Shown piece after piece: positions 16,526 to 25,139 of a DNA stretch of 64,000 bases (positions are counted from its first letter, which is position 1; each line of letters opens with the position of its first letter). Below the pieces are notes generated by a model that did not search any database, was not told the DNA's origin, and saw only the letters and a list, made by a program, of their open reading frames with translations. A program made the position numbers and the translations under genes. Source of the DNA: an uncultured Lachnospiraceae bacterium (GTDB lineage Bacteria; Bacillota; Clostridia; Lachnospirales; Lachnospiraceae); assembly GCA_944381485.1 (NCBI GenBank), contig CALWLI010000019.1:5411-69410 (forward strand), in the 5' to 3' direction.

Positions 16526-18046
16526 ATGAGAGGGATAGAGACACGTATACAGGAGATAAGACACAGAATATTCAGGGAAGTGGCCCGCATGGCTTACCAC
16601 ACGGAATGGCCTGTGGAAAAGCGCATAGAGGAGCTGCCCTACAAGATAATTCCGGGAGAGATAGGAAGCTTCAGACAGGATGTATTCCTTGAGAGAGCCA
16701 TAGTGGGAGAGAGGCTGAGACTTGCCATGGGCCTTAATGTGAGGAAGGCGTCGGAGCATGCTCCTATTTCGGAGGGCATCGAGGCGGCGGACAAGGACGA
16801 GACCTACTATACTCCTCCCCTTATAAACATTATGAAATTCGCCTGCAACTCCTGCCCGGAGAAAAGGGTTTTGGTGACAGAGGGCTGCCAGGGCTGTATT
16901 GCCCATCCCTGTGAGGAGGTCTGCCCGGTAAAGGCGGTAAAGCTGGACCCTTACACGAGGAAATCAAGCATAGATCAGTCAAAATGTATTAAATGCGGTA
17001 AGTGTGCCGGCACCTGCGCTTACAATGCGATAATCATACAGGAGAGGCCCTGCGCCGCCGCCTGCGGTATGGATGCCATCCACTCCGATGAATTCGGCAG
17101 AGCTGAGATAGATTACGACAAATGTGTTTCATGTGGCATGTGCCTTGTAAACTGCCCCTTCGGAGCCATAGCAGACAAATCACAGATATTCCAGATGATA
17201 AGATCCATCCAGTCGGGAGAGAGAGTCTACGCCGCCGTGGCCCCTGCCTTTGTGGGACAGTTCGGACCAAAAGTCACACCCGGAAAGCTGAGAGCGGCTA
17301 TGAAGCAGCTGGGCTTTGCAGACGTAATAGAGGTGGCTGTGGGAGCCGACCTCTGCGCCACTCAGGAGGCAATAGACTTTGTGGAGGAGGTGCCTGAAAA
17401 GCTGCCATTTATGGCTACATCCTGCTGCCCCGCCTGGGCTACCATGGCTAAGAAGCTGTTTCCTGATTACGCCAACTGTATTTCCATGGCCCTCACACCC
17501 ATGACCCTTACAGCAAGGCTTATAAAGTCGGAGCATCCTAAAGCGAAGGTGGTGTTTATCGGACCCTGCGCTGCCAAGAAGCTTGAGGCCATGCGCAGCG
17601 ATATAAGGAGCGATGTGGATTTCGTGATCACCTTTGAGGAGATGGCGGGAATATTTGATGCCAAGCATATAGATATTGAGGCCATAGAGGAGGAGACGGG
17701 AGTCTCGGATTCCTCCACTGACGGAAGAAACTTTGCCGTCTCAGGCGGTGTCGCCAAGGCGGTGGTAAATGTCATCCATGAGAGGTACCCGGAGAGGGAG
17801 ATAAAGGTGGAGTCTGCCCAGGGACTCAAGGAATGCAGAAAACTCCTTACCCTGGCAAAGGCCGGAAAGTACAACGGTTATCTTCTTGAGGGAATGGCAT
17901 GTCCTGGAGGCTGCGTCGCCGGAGCGGGTACCATGCAGCCCATAGGGAAGTCTGCCGCTGCTGTCGGCATATACGCAAAGCAGGCAAAGCACAGGACTTC
18001 AAATGAGACTGAGCATGTAAAAGAGCTGGAAAAGCTGGTGGATTAA
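16526..18046 (+). CDS. monomeric [FeFe] hydrogenase (group B-like) with N-terminal ferredoxin-type clusters
   Basis: Several CxxCxxCxxxC(P) motifs (CIKCGKCAGTC, CVSCGMCLVNCP). H-cluster motifs TSCCPAW, GPCAAKKLE and EGMACPGGCVAGAG. Confidence 0.85.
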   Translation: MRGIETRIQEIRHRIFREVARMAYHTEWPVEKRIEELPYKIIPGEIGSFRQDVFLERAIVGERLRLAMGLNVRKASEHAPISEGIEAADKDETYYTPPLINIMKFACNSCPEKRVLVTEGCQGCIAHPCEEVCPVKAVKLDPYTRKSSIDQSKCIKCGKCAGTCAYNAIIIQERPCAAACGMDAIHSDEFGRAEIDYDKCVSCGMCLVNCPFGAIADKSQIFQMIRSIQSGERVYAAVAPAFVGQFGPKVTPGKLRAAMKQLGFADVIEVAVGADLCATQEAIDFVEEVPEKLPFMATSCCPAWATMAKKLFPDYANCISMALTPMTLTARLIKSEHPKAKVVFIGPCAAKKLEAMRSDIRSDVDFVITFEEMAGIFDAKHIDIEAIEEETGVSDSSTDGRNFAVSGGVAKAVVNVIHERYPEREIKVESAQGLKECRKLLTLAKAGKYNGYLLEGMACPGGCVAGAGTMQPIGKSAAAVGIYAKQAKHRTSNETEHVKELEKLVD

Positions 18047-18138
18047 ATAAAAAAACAGAAAGGAAACCGTCTCTCTGATATGTGCACTCTTTAGAGGAGA
18101 CACATAGATCGGAAGGCGGTCCTTTTTTGTATAACATA

Positions 18139-18189
18139 TTGACAAAAATCGATATAAGGCTTATAATTTCCGTAGAGAAATATATCGAT
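18139..18189 (+). promoter_or_regulatory. sigma-A promoter bracketed by a 9-bp inverted repeat (candidate ArsR operator)
   Basis: TTGACA 18139-18144, 17-nt spacer, TATAAT 18162-18167. ATCGATATA (18148-18156) is the reverse complement of TATATCGAT (18181-18189). Confidence 0.55.
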
Positions 18190-18229
18190 AAACATAAATA
18201 TGTGAGTCTTTAAATCGGGAGGAGAGATT

Positions 18230-19477
18230 TTGAACTGCAAGAAGAACGCCGGCCTGTTTAAGGCCGTGGCCGATGAAAACAGGCTTAGGATATTGGAGAT
18301 ACTATCAGAGGGAGAGCGCTGCGGCTGTGTGCTCTTAAACAGTCTTGATATAGGCCAGCCTACCTTGTCTCACCACATGAGGATACTGTGCGATGCGGGG
18401 CTTGTGAAGGGCAGGAGAGAGGGCAAGTGGACTCATTACAGCCTGGACTTTTCAGGATTTGACAAATTAAAAAGGGCAGTGGAGGAGACAACTATGACTG
18501 AAAAAGAAGAGAAGAGAGAGGTAAATATGCAGGGAGAGCCGTCAGATGAAAGGACCAAGCTTTATGTGCTTACAGGCTTTCTCGGCTCCGGAAAGACTAC
18601 TCTTCTCATAAAGCTGATGGAGGGCCTTAAGGGAAAAAGGATAGGCGTCATACAAAATGAATTCGGAAAGCTGGGTATTGACGGAGAGATAATAAGAAAT
18701 GACGATATTCAGATGGTGGAGATAAATAAGGGATCCATCTTTTGCTCCTGTCTGAAGCTTAAATTTGTATCTGCCCTTGCGGAGATGGCAAAAAAGGATT
18801 TTGATTATCTCTTTGTGGAGAGCTCAGGACTGGGAGACCCTTCAAATGTGGAGGATATACTCGGAGCGGTCAGAGAGCTTGCAGGGGACAGATTTGAATT
18901 TGCAGGGGCTCTGTGTCTTGTGGATGCGGTGAATTTTATGAAGGATATATCAGGGCCCGAGACAGTTTACAGACAGCTGAAACACTGTAATCTTGCAGTG
19001 ATAACAAAGACGGATCTTGTAGACGGAAAGACTCTGACAGCGGTCAGAGAAAAGATAAGGGATATAAACCCTGTGTGCAGGATAGACATAAGCTTAAACG
19101 GAAACCTGGATCAGAGCTTCCTTGAGGAGGATCTTATGCTCTACTCATGGGCTGAGAGCGAGGAGAGCACAAACACGGAGGAGACCAAACCCAAGACCCT
19201 GTTTCTGAATTTCGATGGAGCCATACCTGAGAAAAAGCTTGAAGCTTTTCTCAAGGGGCTCGAGAAGGACAGCTACAGGATAAAGGGATTTTTCAACATC
19301 GAGGAGAGGGGCTGGTCACAGGTGGATGTGGTTGGAGAGCGCATAGATTATAAGCCCTGTCCTGAGAGAAGCAGATCTCAGCTTGTGATAATATCCAAAA
19401 TAGGTGCGGGAATAATAAAGGAGATATTTGCTGTCTGGGAAGACAAGGTGGGTCTTCCTATGGAGCTCAAGAATTAA
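18230..19477 (+). CDS. fusion protein: ArsR/SmtB-family metal-sensing wHTH (N-terminal) + COG0523/CobW-type G3E GTPase (C-terminal)
   Basis: TTG start after GGAGGAG. N-terminal ENRLRILEILSEGERCGCVLLNSLDIGQPTLSHHMRILCDAGLV...GKWTHYSL is ArsR-like. GTPase motifs: GFLGSGKTTL (Walker A), IQNEFGKLGIDG, ESSGLGDP (Walker B), TKTD, and a CobW_C-like tail. The canonical GCxCC motif is replaced by GSIFCSC. Confidence 0.8.
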   Translation: MNCKKNAGLFKAVADENRLRILEILSEGERCGCVLLNSLDIGQPTLSHHMRILCDAGLVKGRREGKWTHYSLDFSGFDKLKRAVEETTMTEKEEKREVNMQGEPSDERTKLYVLTGFLGSGKTTLLIKLMEGLKGKRIGVIQNEFGKLGIDGEIIRNDDIQMVEINKGSIFCSCLKLKFVSALAEMAKKDFDYLFVESSGLGDPSNVEDILGAVRELAGDRFEFAGALCLVDAVNFMKDISGPETVYRQLKHCNLAVITKTDLVDGKTLTAVREKIRDINPVCRIDISLNGNLDQSFLEEDLMLYSWAESEESTNTEETKPKTLFLNFDGAIPEKKLEAFLKGLEKDSYRIKGFFNIEERGWSQVDVVGERIDYKPCPERSRSQLVIISKIGAGIIKEIFAVWEDKVGLPMELKN

Positions 19478-19488
19478 AAGGAGAAAAA

Positions 19489-19731
19489 ATGATGGATATA
19501 AAGGTTGTGGGAGAAGGCTGCGACAAGTGTGACAGACTCTATGAAAATGTGATGCAGGCTGTAGATGAGTTGGGAGTGGATGCCCGGATCGAGAAGGTGG
19601 AGGATCTTATTGAGATGGTAAAGCTGGGAGTGATGAGCACTCCCACACTCATGATAGACGGAAAGACGGAGATCTTGGGACAGGTAGCCTCCACGTCAAA
19701 GATAAAGGAGATAATAAGACAGCATGTTTGA
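19489..19731 (+). CDS. small thioredoxin-fold protein (redox-active disulfide protein 2 / TM0996-MTH895 type)
   Basis: 80 aa. IKVVGEGCDKCDRLYENV...GVMSTPTLMIDGK, with a CxxC at GCDKC. Confidence 0.85.
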   Translation: MMDIKVVGEGCDKCDRLYENVMQAVDELGVDARIEKVEDLIEMVKLGVMSTPTLMIDGKTEILGQVASTSKIKEIIRQHV

Positions 19732-20617
19732 TCTGAGATTCTTTGTTTACGATGTGGCAAAGATAGTCCTGCTTCTTTGCGTGCTTGTATTTTCTGTTTC
19801 ATACATTCAGAGCTTCTTTCCTCCGGAAAGGAGCAGGCGTATCATAGGAGGCTTTAAGGGTATAGGGGCAAATATAGCGGCGGCCCTTCTGGGGACAGTG
19901 ACGCCCTTTTGCTCCTGCTCATCCATCCCTCTCTTTATAGGCTTTACCTCTGCCGGGCTGCCTGTGGGAGTGACTTTTTCCTTCCTCATATCCTCTCCCA
20001 TGGTCGATCTGGGAAGCTTTGTGCTTCTTATAAGCATATTCGGGATAAAGACAGCATTCTTTTATGTTCTCTTCGGACTCATAATAGCTGTTGCGGGAGG
20101 AACTGCCATAGAGAAGCTTGGCATGGAAAAATATGTGGAGAGCTTTGTGAAAAGTGTAAAGCCCGCTGCCTGTGACGGGCCTGAGCTAAGCCTGAGGGAT
20201 CGCCTGGACTTCGCCTTTAATCAGACGAGAGACACTCTGAAGAAGGTCTTTATTTACATACTTGTGGGAGTCGGAATAGGAGCATTCATACACAACTCTA
20301 TTCCGAGGGAGCTTGTGGAGAAGGTCCTGGGCTCCGGAAATCCCTTCGGAGTAGTTGCGGCCACTCTTGTGGGAGTTCCCATGTATGCGGATATTTTCGG
20401 CACCGTACCCATTGCCGAGGCGCTGCTTTATAAGGGGGCAAAGCTCGGCACAGTACTCTCCTTTATGATGGCTGTGACAACACTCAGCCTTCCCTCACTG
20501 ATAATGCTGAAAAAGGTGGTAAAAAACCGACTGCTTTTTACCTTTGTGCTCATATGCACTGCAGGTATCATTGCAGTCGGATATGTATTCAATATTATTC
20601 AAGACTTTATAATGTAG
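19724..20617 (+). CDS. COG0701 / ArsP-like permease
   Basis: 297 aa with about 8 TM helices. Conserved TPFCSCSSIPLFIGF motif. The start overlaps the upstream stop by 8 nt. Confidence 0.85.
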   Translation: MFDLRFFVYDVAKIVLLLCVLVFSVSYIQSFFPPERSRRIIGGFKGIGANIAAALLGTVTPFCSCSSIPLFIGFTSAGLPVGVTFSFLISSPMVDLGSFVLLISIFGIKTAFFYVLFGLIIAVAGGTAIEKLGMEKYVESFVKSVKPAACDGPELSLRDRLDFAFNQTRDTLKKVFIYILVGVGIGAFIHNSIPRELVEKVLGSGNPFGVVAATLVGVPMYADIFGTVPIAEALLYKGAKLGTVLSFMMAVTTLSLPSLIMLKKVVKNRLLFTFVLICTAGIIAVGYVFNIIQDFIM

Positions 20618-21270
20618 AGAAGATCGGATATATTTTCGATCTTTGCTGTGCGGTCTTTTTCCTCCACTTCGCCGAAGCCGTAGGAGGCCCAGATAAAGGG
20701 GACGCCTGCAAGCTTTGAGGCCTTGGCATCTCCGTATGTATCTCCCACATATAGGGGAGAGCTTAGTCCGTGCCTTTCCACCATGGCCCTTATGGTCCCC
20801 TCCTTCGGAAGACCGGTGTCTCCGTAGCAGAGGCCGTCCTTAAAGAAGGGCCCAAGTCCGGTAGTGTCCAAAAGATCGTCGATATATCCTAACTGGCAGT
20901 TGCTGACTATATAGAGGGGGTAGCTTTTTGAAAGCTCCTTTACAACAGCTGCAACTCCTTCATAGAGCCTTCCGGGCTCTTTTCTTATGTATTCGGATTC
21001 TATCTCATAGATCCTGTCAGCCACAAGCTGTCGCTTTGTCACGGGGACTCCGGGAAGGAGCTCGTCGCATATCTTGTCCATGGTCTTTCCGAAGAGAGGA
21101 GTCAAGATCTCTTTTGTGACAGTGGGCAGCTTGTACTCCGGAAGCAGCTTTTTGAAGGCCTCATTCCAAGCCTTGGCAACTGTCTCCCTGCTGTCCCAGA
21201 GAGTGCCGTCTATATCAAAGATAATGCTGTCCGGGCTTAGGGATGACAGAGTCTTTTTTTCATTTCCCAT
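20599..21270 (-). CDS. HAD-superfamily hydrolase (phosphatase, PGP-like)
   Basis: Motif I IIFDIDGTLWDS, IVSN, and motif IV YVGDTYGD. Confidence 0.85.
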   Translation of the reverse strand: MGNEKKTLSSLSPDSIIFDIDGTLWDSRETVAKAWNEAFKKLLPEYKLPTVTKEILTPLFGKTMDKICDELLPGVPVTKRQLVADRIYEIESEYIRKEPGRLYEGVAAVVKELSKSYPLYIVSNCQLGYIDDLLDTTGLGPFFKDGLCYGDTGLPKEGTIRAMVERHGLSSPLYVGDTYGDAKASKLAGVPFIWASYGFGEVEEKDRTAKIENISDLLYIIKS

Positions 21271-21303
21271 ATTTTTCCACCTTAATATAACTGAATATAT
21301 GTA

Positions 21304-22788
21304 CTACATTTGAAGCTTGTGATGCTTGATCTCTTTTACAGGCTCGCAGGTCTGCTGTATACCCAGCTTCTTGAACATCCTTATGTCTACGGGAGACAGG
21401 GTGACAGAGGTATGTACCTGGCATCCTCTGAGAGAGGAGAGCTGCTCCAGAGCCTTCTTTGCGTTTTCATTGGATGCCGCGCTCATGGAGAGAGCTATCA
21501 GGACCTCGTCCGTGTGAAGTCTGGGATTTTCAGCACCCAGATAGCGGGTCTTCAAGGTCTGTATAGGCTCTATTGCCTCGGGGGCGATCACATGGGTCTT
21601 GTGGCCTATGCCTGCAAGTACCTTTAAGGCGTTGAGAAGGCCTGCGGCGCTGGCTCCGAGAAGCTTTGAACAGCCTCCTGTCACTATCCTTCCGTCGGGG
21701 AGCTCTATTGCCATGGCGGGCATTCCGTCCTTCTTTGCCCTCTCAAGACAGGGGGTGACCACCTTTCTGTACTCCGGAGTCACGTTGGCCTGCTTCATGA
21801 GAAGCTCGATCTTTCTGACCTCCTCTTCATCTCCGATCTCATTCAGAACGTCATTTGCGGCCTGATAATATCTTCTTATGATCTCCTGCTTTGAGGCTTC
21901 TCTGCAGGCCTCATCATCGGTGATGCAGTTTCCGACCATGTTTACGCCCATATCTGTGGGAGACTTGTAGGGGCTCTCTCCGTATATGTGAGTGAACATC
22001 TCATTTAATACAGGGAAGATCTCCACATCTCTGTTGTAGTTTACCGTTGTCTCGCCGTAGGCTTCCAGGTGGAAGGGGTCGATCATGTTCACATCGTTGA
22101 GGTCGGCGGTGGCGGCCTCATATGCAAGATTTACAGGATGCTTCAAGGGAAGGTTCCACACAGGGAAGGTCTCAAACTTTGCGTATCCCGCCTTGATGCC
22201 TCTCTTGTTTTCATGGTAGAGCTGGGAGAGGCAGGTAGCCATCTTTCCGCTTCCGGGTCCGGGAGCCGTAACTATAACAAGGGGTTTTGTAGTCTTTATA
22301 TATTCATTTTTTCCATAGCCCTCATCGCTGACTATAAAGGGCACATTGTTGGGATAGCCTTCTATGGCATAGTGCTTGTATACCTTTACTTTTTTCTTTC
22401 CCAAGCGCTGCTTGAACTGGTTGACGGCAGGGGAGGGAGTGAATTTTGTGATAACCACGCTTCCCACATAGAGGCCGTAATCCCTGAAGCTGGAGATGAG
22501 TCTGAAAACATCCTCATCGTAGGTTATACCCAGATCGAAACGCTTTTTGTTCCTCTCGATATCTTCGGCGCTTATGGCGATGACCACCTCAGCCTCGTCG
22601 GCAAGCTGAAGGAGCATGCGGAGCTTTGAGTCAGGCTCAAAACCCGGAAGTACTCTGGATGCGTGGAAATCGTCAAAAAGCTTACCTCCGAATTCAAGGT
22701 AGAGCTTTCCCTCAAAGTGGCTTATACGCTCTTTGATGTGCTCAGACTGTATCTTAAGATATTTTTCGTTGTCAAAACCGATACGCAT
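21304..22788 (-). CDS. DUF1846 / UPF0371 family protein
   Basis: 494 aa. The N-terminus MRIGFDNEKYLKIQSEHIKERISHFEGKLYLEFGGKLFDDFHASRVLPGFEPD is characteristic of UPF0371 (recalled from memory). Confidence 0.8.
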   Translation of the reverse strand: MRIGFDNEKYLKIQSEHIKERISHFEGKLYLEFGGKLFDDFHASRVLPGFEPDSKLRMLLQLADEAEVVIAISAEDIERNKKRFDLGITYDEDVFRLISSFRDYGLYVGSVVITKFTPSPAVNQFKQRLGKKKVKVYKHYAIEGYPNNVPFIVSDEGYGKNEYIKTTKPLVIVTAPGPGSGKMATCLSQLYHENKRGIKAGYAKFETFPVWNLPLKHPVNLAYEAATADLNDVNMIDPFHLEAYGETTVNYNRDVEIFPVLNEMFTHIYGESPYKSPTDMGVNMVGNCITDDEACREASKQEIIRRYYQAANDVLNEIGDEEEVRKIELLMKQANVTPEYRKVVTPCLERAKKDGMPAMAIELPDGRIVTGGCSKLLGASAAGLLNALKVLAGIGHKTHVIAPEAIEPIQTLKTRYLGAENPRLHTDEVLIALSMSAASNENAKKALEQLSSLRGCQVHTSVTLSPVDIRMFKKLGIQQTCEPVKEIKHHKLQM

Positions 22789-22893
22789 AAAAAACCTCCT
22801 GAAAATATAAAGACATTAAAAAAACCAATAGGCTTAATTATAATGAAATAAGCGGAAAAATTCTATAGATAAATAAAAAAATATTTGCCTGCG

Positions 22894-22922
22894 TTGAATT
22901 TTATTACATAAATAAGTATAAT
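22894..22922 (+). promoter_or_regulatory. sigma-A promoter of ftsH
   Basis: TTGAAT 22894-22899, 17-nt spacer, TATAAT 22917-22922. Confidence 0.55.
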
Positions 22923-22963
22923 AACTATTACCTATGCGTAAATTTAAGATGGATGAGTAAAGT

Positions 22964-25024
22964 ATGGAGCCCAACAAGAATCAAAACAATCAAAAAAACA
23001 ACATGCCCGGAGGCAATTTCGGGCAGAATATGATGATAATCCTTATAACTGCCGTGCTTGCCTATCTTCTCATGTCTACAGGAAGAGGATTCCTAAAAGA
23101 CAACTCCGGACAGGAGATCTCCTACAGTGAATTCTACAACATGGTGGAAGCGGGAGAGGTAGAGTCTGTGGACATCGGCACGGACGGAAGGATAGTGATC
23201 ACACCCTCCGAGGAGGCCGAGGACAAGAATTCCATCATAAGCTACTATACAGTGATGGTGTCAGGTGATGATGACCTGATAAAGACACTCAGGGAAAACG
23301 GAGTGGAGATAACTCAGGACGAGCCGGACGATATGGCCCTTATAGGGGCCTTCCTGCTGCAGCTCATACTGCCCTTCGTGCTGATATTTGCTTTCATGAG
23401 CTATATGATGAAGAAGGCCGGAGGAGGCGGCGGAGTAATGGGAGTGGGCAAGTCCACCGCCAGGATGTACATGCAGAAGGAGACAGGAGTCACCTTCGCT
23501 GATGTTGCAGGGGAGGATGAGGCCAAGGAATCCCTTGTGGAGATAGTCGACTTTCTTCACAACCCGGAGAAATACAAAAAGATCGGAGCAAAGCTTCCTA
23601 AAGGTGCTCTTTTGGTGGGACCTCCGGGAACGGGAAAAACTCTCCTTGCAAAGGCTGTGGCCGGAGAGGCAAAGGTACCCTTCTACAGTCTTACAGGCTC
23701 TGATTTCGTGGAAATGTTTGTGGGTGTGGGAGCAAGCCGTGTGAGAGACCTCTTCAAGCAGGCCAACTCCACAGCGCCCTGTATCATATTTATAGATGAG
23801 ATAGACGCTATAGGAAAATCAAGAGACAACCGCTTCGGAGGAGGAAACGATGAGAGAGAGCAGACCCTGAATCAGCTTCTCTCCGAGATGGACGGCTTTG
23901 AGCCCGGAAAGGGGATCATGGTTTTGGGGGCCACCAACAGGCCTGAGATACTTGATCCCGCTCTGCTGAGACCCGGGCGCTTTGACAGAAGAGTGATAGT
24001 TGAAAAGCCGGATCTTAAGGGGCGTGTGAATATACTCAAGGTGCATTCCAGAGATGTAAAGCTTGACTCCACTGTGGATCTGGAGGAGATAGCCCTGGCG
24101 ACAAGCGGAGCAGTGGGAGCCGACCTTGCAAACATGATGAACGAGGCCGCTATAATGGCGGTAAAGGACGGGAGAAAGGCTGTCAGCCAGAAGGACCTCT
24201 TTGATGCGGTGGAGGTAGTCCTTGTGGGAAAGGAAAAGAAGGACAGGATACTCTCTCAGGAGGAGAGAAGGATAGTATCCTACCACGAGGTGGGGCATGC
24301 CCTTATAGCTGCAGTGCAGAAGGATGCGGAGCCGGTACAGAAGATAACTATAGTTCCCAGGACCATGGGAGCTTTAGGCTATGTAATGCAGGTCCCTGAG
24401 GAAGAAAAATACCTCAACTCAAAGGCTGAGCTGAATGCCATGATAGTGACCATGCTGGGAGGAAGAGCTGCTGAGGAGCTGGTCTTTGACACTGTAACAA
24501 CCGGAGCCGCCAACGACATAGAGAGAGCGACTAATCTGGCCAGAGCCATGGTGACTCAGTATGGTATGAGTGACAAGTTCGGCCTCATGGGGCTGGCCAC
24601 AACAGAGGATCAATACCTTACGGGACGCACAGTCATGAACTGCGGAGACAATACCGCCACAGAGGTGGATAACGAGGTCATGAGGATGCTCAAGGTTGCC
24701 TATGATGAGGCCAAGGCCATATTGAGCGAGAACAGAGTCGCCCTTGACGAGATAGCCGAATACCTTATAAAGAAGGAGACTATAACCGGAAAGGAATTCA
24801 TGCAGATATACAGGAGGATAAAGGGGATACCGGAGCCTGAGGAAGAAAAGGAAGCTAAGGCAAAGGAAGACGAGCACAAGGAAGATGAGAAGCCTGCCTT
24901 TCCTTGGGATATTTCCTCTGAGTCTGAGAAAAGACCGGATGAGTCGATGGATTTTAAGGAGCAGGATTCGGACCGGAAATCCGGCGGAGACAGGGAGCCC
25001 TACGGTGATTTCAGAGAGGTATGA
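22964..25024 (+). CDS. ftsH: ATP-dependent zinc metalloprotease FtsH
   Basis: Two TM helices, AAA+ Walker [19 protein letters not shown], Walker [34 protein letters not shown], and zinc site HEVGHAL. Confidence 0.96.
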   Translation: MEPNKNQNNQKNNMPGGNFGQNMMIILITAVLAYLLMSTGRGFLKDNSGQEISYSEFYNMVEAGEVESVDIGTDGRIVITPSEEAEDKNSIISYYTVMVSGDDDLIKTLRENGVEITQDEPDDMALIGAFLLQLILPFVLIFAFMSYMMKKAGGGGGVMGVGKSTARMYMQKETGVTFADVAGEDEAKESLVEIVDFLHNPEKYKKIGAKLPKGALLVGPPGTGKTLLAKAVAGEAKVPFYSLTGSDFVEMFVGVGASRVRDLFKQANSTAPCIIFIDEIDAIGKSRDNRFGGGNDEREQTLNQLLSEMDGFEPGKGIMVLGATNRPEILDPALLRPGRFDRRVIVEKPDLKGRVNILKVHSRDVKLDSTVDLEEIALATSGAVGADLANMMNEAAIMAVKDGRKAVSQKDLFDAVEVVLVGKEKKDRILSQEERRIVSYHEVGHALIAAVQKDAEPVQKITIVPRTMGALGYVMQVPEEEKYLNSKAELNAMIVTMLGGRAAEELVFDTVTTGAANDIERATNLARAMVTQYGMSDKFGLMGLATTEDQYLTGRTVMNCGDNTATEVDNEVMRMLKVAYDEAKAILSENRVALDEIAEYLIKKETITGKEFMQIYRRIKGIPEPEEEKEAKAKEDEHKEDEKPAFPWDISSESEKRPDESMDFKEQDSDRKSGGDREPYGDFREV

Positions 25025-25139
25025 CAGGCACAGGATATATCTTAGAAATAATGTAAGCTTTTTGAAGCTTTTTTTGAAAGCTCTTTTATGTTATACTCAG
25101 TTGCGGAAAGTTAAGGACAATATGCTAAGGAGAAATGCG

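Noticed and set aside
20599-20617. 19-nt 3'-end overlap of the convergent permease (+) and HAD hydrolase (-) genes, with no terminator between them.
   Set aside because: The overlap is real in the sequence. Short convergent overlaps are common in compact genomes, and I see no structure suggesting regulated antisense interaction.
25050-25095. Three iterations of AAGCT(T)TTT after ftsH, which could be read as a repeat element.
   Set aside because: They are short, degenerate and T-rich. The most likely reading is a weak 5-bp terminator hairpin (AGCTT/AAGCT) with U-tracts, which is too weak to list as a feature.
24885-25139. N-terminal extension of the carboxypeptidase ORF, overlapping the last 140 nt of ftsH.
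   Set aside because: The extension ([22 protein letters not shown]...) precedes the obvious signal peptide, which itself follows an AAGGAG SD at ATG 25140. The overlap with ftsH is an artefact of the longest-ORF rule.
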